DNA of 64,000 nucleotides from a bacterium (GTDB taxonomy: Bacteria; Hinthialibacterota; Hinthialibacteria; Hinthialibacterales; Hinthialibacteraceae). This document shows, piece after piece, positions 49,445-57,495 of the stretch. The stretch is from contig CAXXMV010000006.1 of assembly GCA_963662285.2 (NCBI GenBank), positions 32,001-96,000 of the forward strand. Direction: 5' to 3'. The translations under genes were made by a program, and so were the position numbers. Positions within the stretch are counted from its first letter, which is position 1. Each line of letters opens with the position of its first letter. The notes below the pieces were generated by a model, which was given only the letters and a program-made list of their open reading frames with translations, was not told the DNA's origin and searched no databases.

Positions 49445-50314
49445 CTATATTTTTTCAAAAGTAGTCTTACGGATGGCCAGTTGGAATGGAGCGTCTTGCA
49501 ATGATGGAAAACGATCCATTTGCATATCGAACTTATCAAGCAACTTTTCATCGAGAGTTGTTTGATCCTTGCAGGCAGCTAAGGGGTCATCATAATCTAA
49601 ATGCATGATAGAACTGCTCTGCTCATCCATAGTGAAGATATAGTGCAGGATGCTGGTTCTATTATCTATGGGTAGTTTAGTTTTCATGTCGATGGGGATT
49701 TCCAGGGTGATATCCTCCATTAAACCTTCACGTTCCGGGCGGTACTGACGATGAAGGAAAAGGCAGGCGGCCACTTTGTTTTCGACTTTATGATCGTATA
49801 TATAAGTTTGGCATTCGGGGAACAGTTCAATAAAGCGCTGAGCCTTTGGATTGCGTAATGCCAGCGAGCGTATTTTGGTGGGCCTAATGCGTTCTGACGC
49901 CTGCTTTTTAGCCCAGCGGTTATAGGTCATGGGCGTCAAGGCCAGGGGGATTAAGAGCGTTACAAGCGCCGTTCCCGGATAGGCGATTAATAATCGAATT
50001 GGCATACTACAAAACATTGGCAGTATCACCAAACTCAACAAGAAGGCTTCTATGATATGAAGCCCGAACAGGGCGCCGGTCAGTTTGATCAGCAGTCTTT
50101 GATATCCTTGAGAGATTTCTTCTTGATTGATTCTTGATTTTAAGAACCAATATAATAGCCCGAACCAATAGAAACTGATCATCATTTCCGTCAGCCAAAA
50201 AGGGAAAACCCAGGTCGGCTCCCCGCCCAGTGAACTGGAAAGAAACATCATGCAGGCGAATGTCAGTAAGATTGAGATAACAGTAAAGAGAAAACAGCCG
50301 ATCAACATTGTCAC
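49445..50314 (-). CDS. Hypothetical membrane protein (paralog of 50646-51506)
   Basis: About four N-terminal hydrophobic segments plus a soluble domain; motifs shared with its neighbour. Confidence 0.75.
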   Translation of the reverse strand: MTMLIGCFLFTVISILLTFACMMFLSSSLGGEPTWVFPFWLTEMMISFYWFGLLYWFLKSRINQEEISQGYQRLLIKLTGALFGLHIIEAFLLSLVILPMFCSMPIRLLIAYPGTALVTLLIPLALTPMTYNRWAKKQASERIRPTKIRSLALRNPKAQRFIELFPECQTYIYDHKVENKVAACLFLHRQYRPEREGLMEDITLEIPIDMKTKLPIDNRTSILHYIFTMDEQSSSIMHLDYDDPLAACKDQTTLDEKLLDKFDMQMDRFPSLQDAPFQLAIRKTTFEKI

Positions 50315-50482
50315 CCTCGTTGAGCGTGTAGTATATAGGTTATCCTGGAAACGGCGGTCGCTTTATACGATGTCTATTATAAGTCGCTTGCAATCAGTAT
50401 GATAACATATAACGATTCAATTAAATATCACATCAAAAGGTTAACTCGATATTGTTGGATATTCTTATACGAAGATTGCCAT

Positions 50483-50626
50483 TATCAACCCTCTTCAAAC
50501 AAAATATCCGGTTATATCTCAAAACCCCTCTCCCCCAAGCCTGGGGTCATTCACAAGAGGGGGTTGTTATCAAAAACCAGAGAATTGCCAATTGACGTTA
50601 AAAATATAATTGAATTGTCGTTTTTA
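50483..50626 (-). repeat. Intergenic repeat family A, copy 3 (internally shortened)
   Basis: Reverse complement reads AAAAACGACAATTCAATTAT..AACGTCAATTGG..CCCCAGGCTTGGGGGAGAGGGGTTTTG as in 42627-42733. Confidence 0.8.
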
Positions 50627-50645
50627 TGGTTGTTGATAAATCCTT

Positions 50646-51506
50646 TTACTCCGCATTGACCTGTTCAAACGCCGCGTCGCGTACTGCAAGCGAAAACGGC
50701 GCCTCGTGCAGAGACGGGAAACGGTAAAACGATGCGTTGAATTTCTCCATGATATCACCATCTAACGGTGAGTCATCCTGGTGTTGCTTAATGATATCAT
50801 CGCAGGGTAATTGGTATACCGCGCTTTTATCTTTTTGAGTTTGGAATATATAGCGCTGTGTTTTAATCCTGGCGCATTGTGGTTTTCGAGAACTCATATC
50901 AACCGGAATTTCAATCACCGCGTCTTCAGTTACTCCGTCATATTCAGGGCGGGGTTTGCGGTGTACGAACAGGCAGGATGCGTATTGATTCTTGAATGCT
51001 TTATCGCACACGTATGTTTTGCAGTCCGGGAAAGCATCTATAAATGCTTGAGCCGCATCGCACTGCAGGGCTATGTTGCGGATTACTTGCGGATCAATGC
51101 GTTCCTCTTCCATTTTTCTCTTAAACTTTGGATAGAAGATAACCGCCAGTTGCATGGGGATGGCGACGATAATAATGTAGTTAATTGGATAAGCGATAAG
51201 CAGCCGAAGCCCCCAGCTGATGCTAAGTAAAGGAAGAATGGCGAAGGTAAGTAAATATGCTGTAACCAGGTGCGTTATAAAGACATAACCTAGCATAGGT
51301 TTGAGATCCCAGACGAAATAGGATCGGTCTTTGGTTAGATCACAGAATTTTCGATTGAGTGATCCTAATACTCCAGCAAACCAATAAAAACTAAAGAGCG
51401 CCTCCCATAACCATGCAGGAAATACATTTACGCCAGTAAACATCATAATTATTGCAGCGACTAGTATTTCTATCGTTACAATTACAAAACAGAATGCAGA
51501 TAACAT
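50646..51506 (-). CDS. Hypothetical membrane protein (paralog of 49445-50314)
   Basis: FYWF, RLLIAYP, CLF.HR..RPE, EIP.DM, RFPSL..APF.LA.R shared. Confidence 0.75.
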   Translation of the reverse strand: MLSAFCFVIVTIEILVAAIIMMFTGVNVFPAWLWEALFSFYWFAGVLGSLNRKFCDLTKDRSYFVWDLKPMLGYVFITHLVTAYLLTFAILPLLSISWGLRLLIAYPINYIIIVAIPMQLAVIFYPKFKRKMEEERIDPQVIRNIALQCDAAQAFIDAFPDCKTYVCDKAFKNQYASCLFVHRKPRPEYDGVTEDAVIEIPVDMSSRKPQCARIKTQRYIFQTQKDKSAVYQLPCDDIIKQHQDDSPLDGDIMEKFNASFYRFPSLHEAPFSLAVRDAAFEQVNAE

Positions 51507-51509
51507 AAT

Positions 51510-52169
51510 TTAATTTGGCGCCGGGGGTTGATGAGTATTCATGTTCGGACCTGACGGGCGTCGGTTTCGCCTGGGCCGGGGCCTGAAATAATCATCAACA
51601 TCGATTTTGTTCTCAAAACCGCTTTCTTCAAGAAGATTATTGTAACGGTTGTAATAGAGTGGATTGCCGGGCGCTCTTTTCATGGCCTTCAAGAAATAGG
51701 CTTCCGCTTTCTCATATTGTTTCAATTGAAGATAAAGATCACCCACTCCATATTCGTTCTCCGCAACCTGACGGCTGATGGATGGATTACTATGCAAATC
51801 CTGAGATGACCAATAATTAAGGGAAAGCATCAGTTCATTCAAGGCCAGTTCCAGATAGGCGGTTTGCCGTACAAAAGAGGTCTGTTGATAAGCCAACAGC
51901 CAGTAATTCCTGGCCAGACGGTAATTGGTGTTAGCCCGTTCTCCCCCGGTGATGTCGGATTGACTAAGATAGAACTTATGTTTGGTTATGATGTTTTGAA
52001 GCATGTCTTCAGCGTTGCCGTTGAGGTTTTGCGTATCACTGTTCAGTTTTTCCAACATGGGTACGGCGTGCCAGGGAGGCTCCATAGGCTTTTGCCAATG
52101 CAGAGCGCTGAAGCATAGCCAGCCGAACGCCAGCCATATAACGGTTAACATGAATTGCAAAAATCGCAT
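51510..52169 (-). CDS. TPR-containing protein with N-terminal hydrophobic anchor or signal
   Basis: YGVGDLYLQLKQYEKAEAYFLKAMKRAPGN TPR motif. Confidence 0.7.
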   Translation of the reverse strand: MRFLQFMLTVIWLAFGWLCFSALHWQKPMEPPWHAVPMLEKLNSDTQNLNGNAEDMLQNIITKHKFYLSQSDITGGERANTNYRLARNYWLLAYQQTSFVRQTAYLELALNELMLSLNYWSSQDLHSNPSISRQVAENEYGVGDLYLQLKQYEKAEAYFLKAMKRAPGNPLYYNRYNNLLEESGFENKIDVDDYFRPRPRRNRRPSGPNMNTHQPPAPN

Positions 52170-52376
52170 GAGTAATTCTCGTTCATTAATATAATTAATA
52201 ATAACGGATATTGACTTATTATGGTTTAGTCATAAACCATATATTTTATCATATCATCTTTCACGTTAAGGATATATACAATCTTACATGCTGGCTGCTC
52301 ATTTTTCAAAGCGCGCTTCTCTATTGATTAATCTGATATGTAGAATATATACTCAAACCATCGTGAGGTAAAAATA

Positions 52377-53681
52377 ATGCCCCAACAGGAAAATGGATTG
52401 CCCCAATTACAGCAGCAAATGATGAAGCCCTTATCTAATGTACTGGTCAAACCGACCAGCGCTGATTGCAACCTGGAATGCGGATACTGCTTCTATTTAG
52501 AAAAATCCGAACTCTATCCCGAATCGCGCATCCACCGCATGTCGGATGAAGTGATGGATGAGATGGTTCGCCAGCTGATGCAGGCCGGACAAGCATCAGT
52601 CTCTTTTGGCTGGCAGGGCGGCGAACCGACTCTGATGGGCGTTGATTTCTACCGTAAAGCCGTCGCCGCCCAGCAGAAATATGGCCTGCCCGGTCAGACG
52701 GTGGGCAATGGCTTCCAAACCAATGGCGTTTTGATAGATGAAGAATGGTGCGACTTGCTGAGAGAATATAATTTCCTCATCGGGCTATCCATCGACGGAC
52801 CGGAGCATGTTCATGATAAATACCGCTTGACGGCTGGCGGGCGTCCATCCTGGCGAAAAGTGTATGACAGCGCAAAGTTGATGCTTAAATCTGACGTGGC
52901 GGTTAACAGTCTGGTGGTGGTTAATGATTATTCCGTGCTTTATGCTGAAGAGATATATACTTTCCTCAGAGACGCCGGTTTCGAGTTTTTGCAATTCATT
53001 CCTTGCGTGGAACCTGATCCTAATGATCGATCCAAAGTAGCGCCATTTTCGGTCAGCCCTGAACAATACGGCGAATTTCTCTGTAAGATTTTCGATTGCT
53101 GGAAAAAAGATTTCGTTGATGGACGCCCTAGAATATCGGTGCGTTTTTTCGATTCGGTTTTCCATACTTATGTGGGTTTCATGCCGCCGGAATGCACCCT
53201 TCTGGAAGAGTGCGGCTGTTATGTCGTCATCGAACATAACGGAGACGTCTATTCCTGCGATTTCTTTGTTGAACCGAAATGGAAACTTGGCAATGTCATG
53301 ACTGGCAATCTGCTTGAAATGCTCAATAGCCCCAGGCAGAATGAGTTTGGGCGGGTCAAAAGCCAGTTGCCTCAAAAATGCGTAGCATGTAAATACCTGC
53401 TGCATTGCCGGGGAGGATGCCCCAAAGACCGCATTAATAATCCCCAATCCGGCGGCTTGGATCATTTCTGTACATCACATTTGATGTTCTTCGAGCACGC
53501 CGATGCCGACCTGAAAGCCTTGGCTGAAGATTGGATGACTGAGCAGCAACAATACGCAGAAGAGTCGAATCGAAGACTGGAAGAACTTACCACAAAAACA
53601 GAGCAAGCCAGGGTTGGGCGTAATGAACCATGCCCCTGCGGCAGCGGAAAGAAATTCAAAAAATGTTGTGGTCGCGCGTAA
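52377..53681 (+). CDS. Anaerobic sulfatase maturase (radical SAM/SPASM) with C-terminal SEC-C motif
   Basis: KPTSADCNLECGYCFY, WQGGEPTL, EHNGDVYSCDF, CRGGCPK; GRNEPCPCGSGKKFKKCC. Confidence 0.92.
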   Translation: MPQQENGLPQLQQQMMKPLSNVLVKPTSADCNLECGYCFYLEKSELYPESRIHRMSDEVMDEMVRQLMQAGQASVSFGWQGGEPTLMGVDFYRKAVAAQQKYGLPGQTVGNGFQTNGVLIDEEWCDLLREYNFLIGLSIDGPEHVHDKYRLTAGGRPSWRKVYDSAKLMLKSDVAVNSLVVVNDYSVLYAEEIYTFLRDAGFEFLQFIPCVEPDPNDRSKVAPFSVSPEQYGEFLCKIFDCWKKDFVDGRPRISVRFFDSVFHTYVGFMPPECTLLEECGCYVVIEHNGDVYSCDFFVEPKWKLGNVMTGNLLEMLNSPRQNEFGRVKSQLPQKCVACKYLLHCRGGCPKDRINNPQSGGLDHFCTSHLMFFEHADADLKALAEDWMTEQQQYAEESNRRLEELTTKTEQARVGRNEPCPCGSGKKFKKCCGRA

Positions 53682-53810
53682 AGCATTGTTTTTCTGCAAA
53701 CAAATATTCGTATGTCGCAAAAAACAGCGCTTTTTATTGTTCTTCTGCTTAAGGTAAAAAATAACTTCATTTATTCACGATTCTGACCGATACTTATTAA
53801 TGGGCAGAAT

Positions 53811-53932
53811 CAACTCTTGAATAGAGTCGTTTTCATAATAACGTTCTTCTTGGCGATTCTAAAAAACCAGAAAAGGTTGGCTTTTTAGAAAACCAAAAGT
53901 TATAGAGGAACATGATTTTGATAATCGCTCTA
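53811..53932. mobile_element. Repeat family C copy 2
   Basis: TCATAATAA.GTTCT..TTGGCGATTC hairpin ...TTTTGATAATCGCTCTA as in 39595-39714. Confidence 0.65.
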
Positions 53933-54085
53933 ACCAACACAAAGTCCTTTCCGGATTTAGAAAAACTGCATATCCAAATAGGGTGATTTGGACGATATTT
54001 TTTTATCATCTATCCATAATTATTTCTGGTTGGCTGGATAAATTCTTTATGTGATAGAGCAATTTTTTTAAAAGGCGTTGGTTAA

Positions 54086-54754
54086 ATGGCTCAGATATTC
54101 ACTAGAAATAAATCCTTAACTGACTTGTTACAAACCGCTTCGCAAAAAATCGAAACCAATCAAGTCTATGAAAATATTGATCGTTTGTTGATTGGCGCTG
54201 CCAAAGAAGGTTTACTGCTAAGTTTCCTTTTTATGCAAATCACCGATTTGTTTGAACTATATTCCCGGTTTCCCGTGCGCCGGGTTCGAAAGTTGGTTTC
54301 TGATTTTCTTAAAGTGCTGATCGACAAAACTCCTGATGATATCTATGTGGATTGTCCCGGCCCGAATCAATTCGGTCTTCTACTGCCAGGAGTATCCAAA
54401 GAGGATGTTCAGCAAGCTGGTAATGATATTCGGCGCCGCTTTCTCGAACTAAGCAAATCGATTCTACAAGATGACTCTATTAAAATAGATATTATCGGCA
54501 GCGTGGTCTCTTTTCCCGAAGATGGCGCTAACTGTGCAGAACTATTATGCCAGGCAAGAGATGCATTGTATTTGGCAAGCGTCGATGGCGCTGATCCCAT
54601 CCAGATCGCTGAGCCGTATGAAAATGTTAAACTCTCGGTTAATTTTTCCACTATTCAAGTCGAACGCTTAAAAAAAGTCGCTGAATCACAGCAGTTCTCT
54701 GAAACATCTCTGATTCGTGAAGCGGTAGATCAACTCCTCTGCAAATACGAATAA
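54086..54754 (+). CDS. Degenerate GGDEF domain fused to a ribbon-helix-helix domain
   Basis: GPNQFGLLLP at the GGDEF position, VVSFPEDG...LLCQARDALY; C-terminal KLSVNF..QVERLKKVA...SETSLIREAVDQLL. Confidence 0.7.
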   Translation: MAQIFTRNKSLTDLLQTASQKIETNQVYENIDRLLIGAAKEGLLLSFLFMQITDLFELYSRFPVRRVRKLVSDFLKVLIDKTPDDIYVDCPGPNQFGLLLPGVSKEDVQQAGNDIRRRFLELSKSILQDDSIKIDIIGSVVSFPEDGANCAELLCQARDALYLASVDGADPIQIAEPYENVKLSVNFSTIQVERLKKVAESQQFSETSLIREAVDQLLCKYE

Positions 54755-54898
54755 ATCACCTCGGTTATAAACAATTAAATAAATTATTATTTCTTCTTCT
54801 AATAATCTGTGCGTCCGGCAGGACGCATCTATTTGGAAGAGCAAGTCCACTGCAGCAATTGGGGTGATGATTGAGTAATGAGGAAAATATCAAAATAT

Positions 54899-55093
54899 TA
54901 AAATAAGAAGGGGCCATCGTACCTATTTGATGACCCCTTCTTAATGTGTCGGTGGCGTATCTTCTATCATTCACGCCATCCTTTCTCTTCCCCAAAACAT
55001 TGCGCTTTGGGGCTTAAACCTTGGTCAAGAGATCGAATATCCCTTAGACCTCAAAAGGGGCATTGTAATCCGTTTGGCCCCATTTTCTTCTAC
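54899..55093 (-). ncRNA. Candidate structured small RNA
   Basis: Five consecutive hairpins whose G-U pairs work only on the minus strand; promoter upstream, terminator-like last stem; no credible CDS. Confidence 0.5.
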
Positions 55094-55099
55094 ATTTAA

Positions 55100-55127
55100 A
55101 TTCTACATGCATGGTCCACAAACGCAA
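55100..55127 (-). promoter_or_regulatory. sigma70-type promoter for the candidate sRNA
   Basis: TTGCGT-16 bp-TAGAAT on the minus strand. Confidence 0.5.
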
Positions 55128-55301
55128 TAGGTTTTTTTGGTAAAAGAGAGAAAAATATTGGTTAATAATATTATCAATGAAGTTGACTAGGTTTCACTTC
55201 GTAAAACCAATTACATGCATCATCAATTTTTTTCACTCGCTATTTTTTTATGATTTTTATGATATTTTTAATATACTTATTTATATATAAATAAGTATAT
55301 T

Positions 55302-55335
55302 AAAAGCAAGAGCCTGCCAATTGGCAGGCTCTTGC
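55302..55335 (-). terminator. Terminator-like perfect palindrome
   Basis: GCAAGAGCCTGCCAATTGGCAGGCTCTTGC followed by TTTT on the minus strand, downstream of the 55382 gene. Confidence 0.65.
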
Positions 55336-55381
55336 GTGCTAATGTTATGCAGGGGAGGTAAAGAAGTAATAACAAAATATT

Positions 55382-56446
55382 TTAATGTAGTTCCCAATTT
55401 AAGCCGGAAGGAACAACAGCTGCCGGTTCATTAACGTAAATACCGAACAAGTGCCCGATATTAATGTTCCAGGCTAAACCGTCAACGTTACAGTCAACGA
55501 CCATATCTTGTAATTCGAGAACATCGCCTGATTTTTCATACCAATAAATCTGACTCCAATTGCCGCCTTCTTCGTTGGTTTTAAAGAAATCAAGATTTTC
55601 ATCGCCATCTATATCCCCACAGGTTAATGCTTCTGAACCTCCACCTGTAGGCGTCGAATGTACGGTATTTAGGGATGTGGAGAACACGCCAGGTTCGGTT
55701 TGTTCGATTATGTTAATGCTGGATACGGTGGGATCACTTCCATAAAACACTTGAGCAATGGCATAATCGATATCGCCATCGCCATCATAATCACAGGCTG
55801 TAACTCCAGCTACTCCGCCAAAACCGGGAAATGTTCCGCTCCAGTTTAGTAGTTTGGAATAGACCAGCGTTGGGTTATCTTCCAAAGTTAAAGTTCCGTC
55901 AGCATTTACTGTAAGTACGCCGTCATAAACTTCGCACATATTGCTGACAGGACCGGCGGCATCGTTGTCCTCAATCCAGACCATGTGAACTTCATCGCCA
56001 ATTGCGTAAAGATCCAAGCCAAGGGGGCTGACATCGGCGGGAGTAGTATAGATTGGATCTTGTACAATGGCCCAAAAACCGTTTTCATCCATTTTCCGAT
56101 GTTGGAACTGAGTTCCCAGGCTGGGAAAATGCGATTCGCCTTTTGAAACAGCGATAACGGCGCTAACTTCGCCATTGATTTCAAGCATGGACATACCCAT
56201 ATCGAAGACTCTGCCACTGTATTCTTCTCCCTGATAAAAGGGTAATTCCAGAGGCTGTTCCAGAGCATCCCAGTAGTTGTTTTCTATATCATAAGTCCAT
56301 TCGATAATAGAATAACCATACTCTGGTCCATAAGAATCGAATTCAACCGTCCAGAGATTAAATCCATTCACCACGCCTTCCACCGCAAACGATGAAACGC
56401 TTGCTATTCCAATAAATAGCGCTACCCAAAAGATTTGTTTTTTCAT
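55382..56446 (-). CDS. Secreted acidic protein with FG-GAP/VCBS-like Ca-binding motifs and C-terminal W-x-L-H tail
   Basis: Signal peptide SFA-V; DYDGDGDID, DIDGDENLDF; ends PSGLNWELH. Confidence 0.7.
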   Translation of the reverse strand: MKKQIFWVALFIGIASVSSFAVEGVVNGFNLWTVEFDSYGPEYGYSIIEWTYDIENNYWDALEQPLELPFYQGEEYSGRVFDMGMSMLEINGEVSAVIAVSKGESHFPSLGTQFQHRKMDENGFWAIVQDPIYTTPADVSPLGLDLYAIGDEVHMVWIEDNDAAGPVSNMCEVYDGVLTVNADGTLTLEDNPTLVYSKLLNWSGTFPGFGGVAGVTACDYDGDGDIDYAIAQVFYGSDPTVSSINIIEQTEPGVFSTSLNTVHSTPTGGGSEALTCGDIDGDENLDFFKTNEEGGNWSQIYWYEKSGDVLELQDMVVDCNVDGLAWNINIGHLFGIYVNEPAAVVPSGLNWELH

Positions 56447-56635
56447 GATCTTAATATATCCCTTTCTTCCAAAAAAAATTATTTATGCCGGAAAATTATA
56501 TCGCTCTAATCCGGGCATTACATTAAACCAGTCTAACAAATGAGCCTCTGTTGTCTATCAGGATAATTCCCCAATTTTGCTATGGAAAATACCTGTATTG
56601 CATAATTAATATGTTATCGTCACCCTGTATGCAGT

Positions 56636-57295
56636 TTAATTTTCAAGGGAAGAGATGCCCTCGCGGATGGCGAACTTAGTGAGTTGAGCTATAGAGTGTA
56701 AGTCTAGTTTATTCATGATCTTCTGACGGTGTCCATCGACGGTTTTATCGCTGATGCTCATATTTCCGGCTATTTCCTTGGTTGTCATGCCCTCAGCGAT
56801 AAGTTGGAGTACTTCCTTTTCACGGGCGGTCAGGCACTCGTTATCGTTTTCCTGCTCTTTTTTGTGGATGCTGTTAACGAATTCGTTAACCACGATATTG
56901 GTTATCCCCGGACTCAGGTAGATTTTTCCCTGACTAACGCACTGAAGCGCAGTGATTACTTCTGTAACCGCCCGGTTTTTGAGTAGATATCCCCAGACGC
57001 CAGCTTTCAATGCCCGTTCAACAAATCGCTTGTCTGCATGCATGGATAGAATAATGACTTTTGCATCTGGTTTTTCTCGAAGGATTTGACGCGCCGCTTC
57101 AATACCATTCATTTTCGGCATACTGATATCCATGAATACGATATCAATGGCGAGCGACGTAACTAAAGACAGCGCTTCTCTACCGTCTGAGGCTTCCGCC
57201 ACTACTTCAACGCCCGGTTCGTTTTCTAATATCCGACGGATGCCTTCTAAAACGATCTTATGATCGTCGGCTAAGAGAACTTTAATAGTTTCCAT
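56636..57295 (-). CDS. NarL/LuxR-family response regulator
   Basis: LADDH, MDISMP, GYLLK; LTAREKEVLQLIAEG..TKEIA..KTVDGHRQKIMNKL. Confidence 0.95.
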   Translation of the reverse strand: METIKVLLADDHKIVLEGIRRILENEPGVEVVAEASDGREALSLVTSLAIDIVFMDISMPKMNGIEAARQILREKPDAKVIILSMHADKRFVERALKAGVWGYLLKNRAVTEVITALQCVSQGKIYLSPGITNIVVNEFVNSIHKKEQENDNECLTAREKEVLQLIAEGMTTKEIAGNMSISDKTVDGHRQKIMNKLDLHSIAQLTKFAIREGISSLEN

Positions 57296-57495
57296 ATATA
57301 ACGTATATCCAGTCTGAGTGTGCAATGCATATTAATTATACGAGTTACTTTTCTAATATACCAAAGACAAGATTAGATGCTGAATCTCTGTTATATTTTC
57401 TATGTATTTCTAAATATAACCAATAAGGGAAAGTGCCTATTTTTCAGGAAAAAAATAACTGGATTGCTTTTATCTTAAAAAAATCAACCATTTAG

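Noticed and set aside
52785-53465. 226-aa minus-strand ORF
   Set aside because: Antisense to the well-supported radical SAM gene.
54765-54995. 76-aa minus-strand ORF
   Set aside because: Runs through a strong terminator-like stem and has no recognisable motif.
55020-55093. c-di-GMP-I riboswitch (GGCCAAAC...GGTCTAAGG resemblance)
   Set aside because: The GAAA tetraloop and GACGCAAA core are missing and no gene lies downstream; kept only as a generic sRNA candidate.
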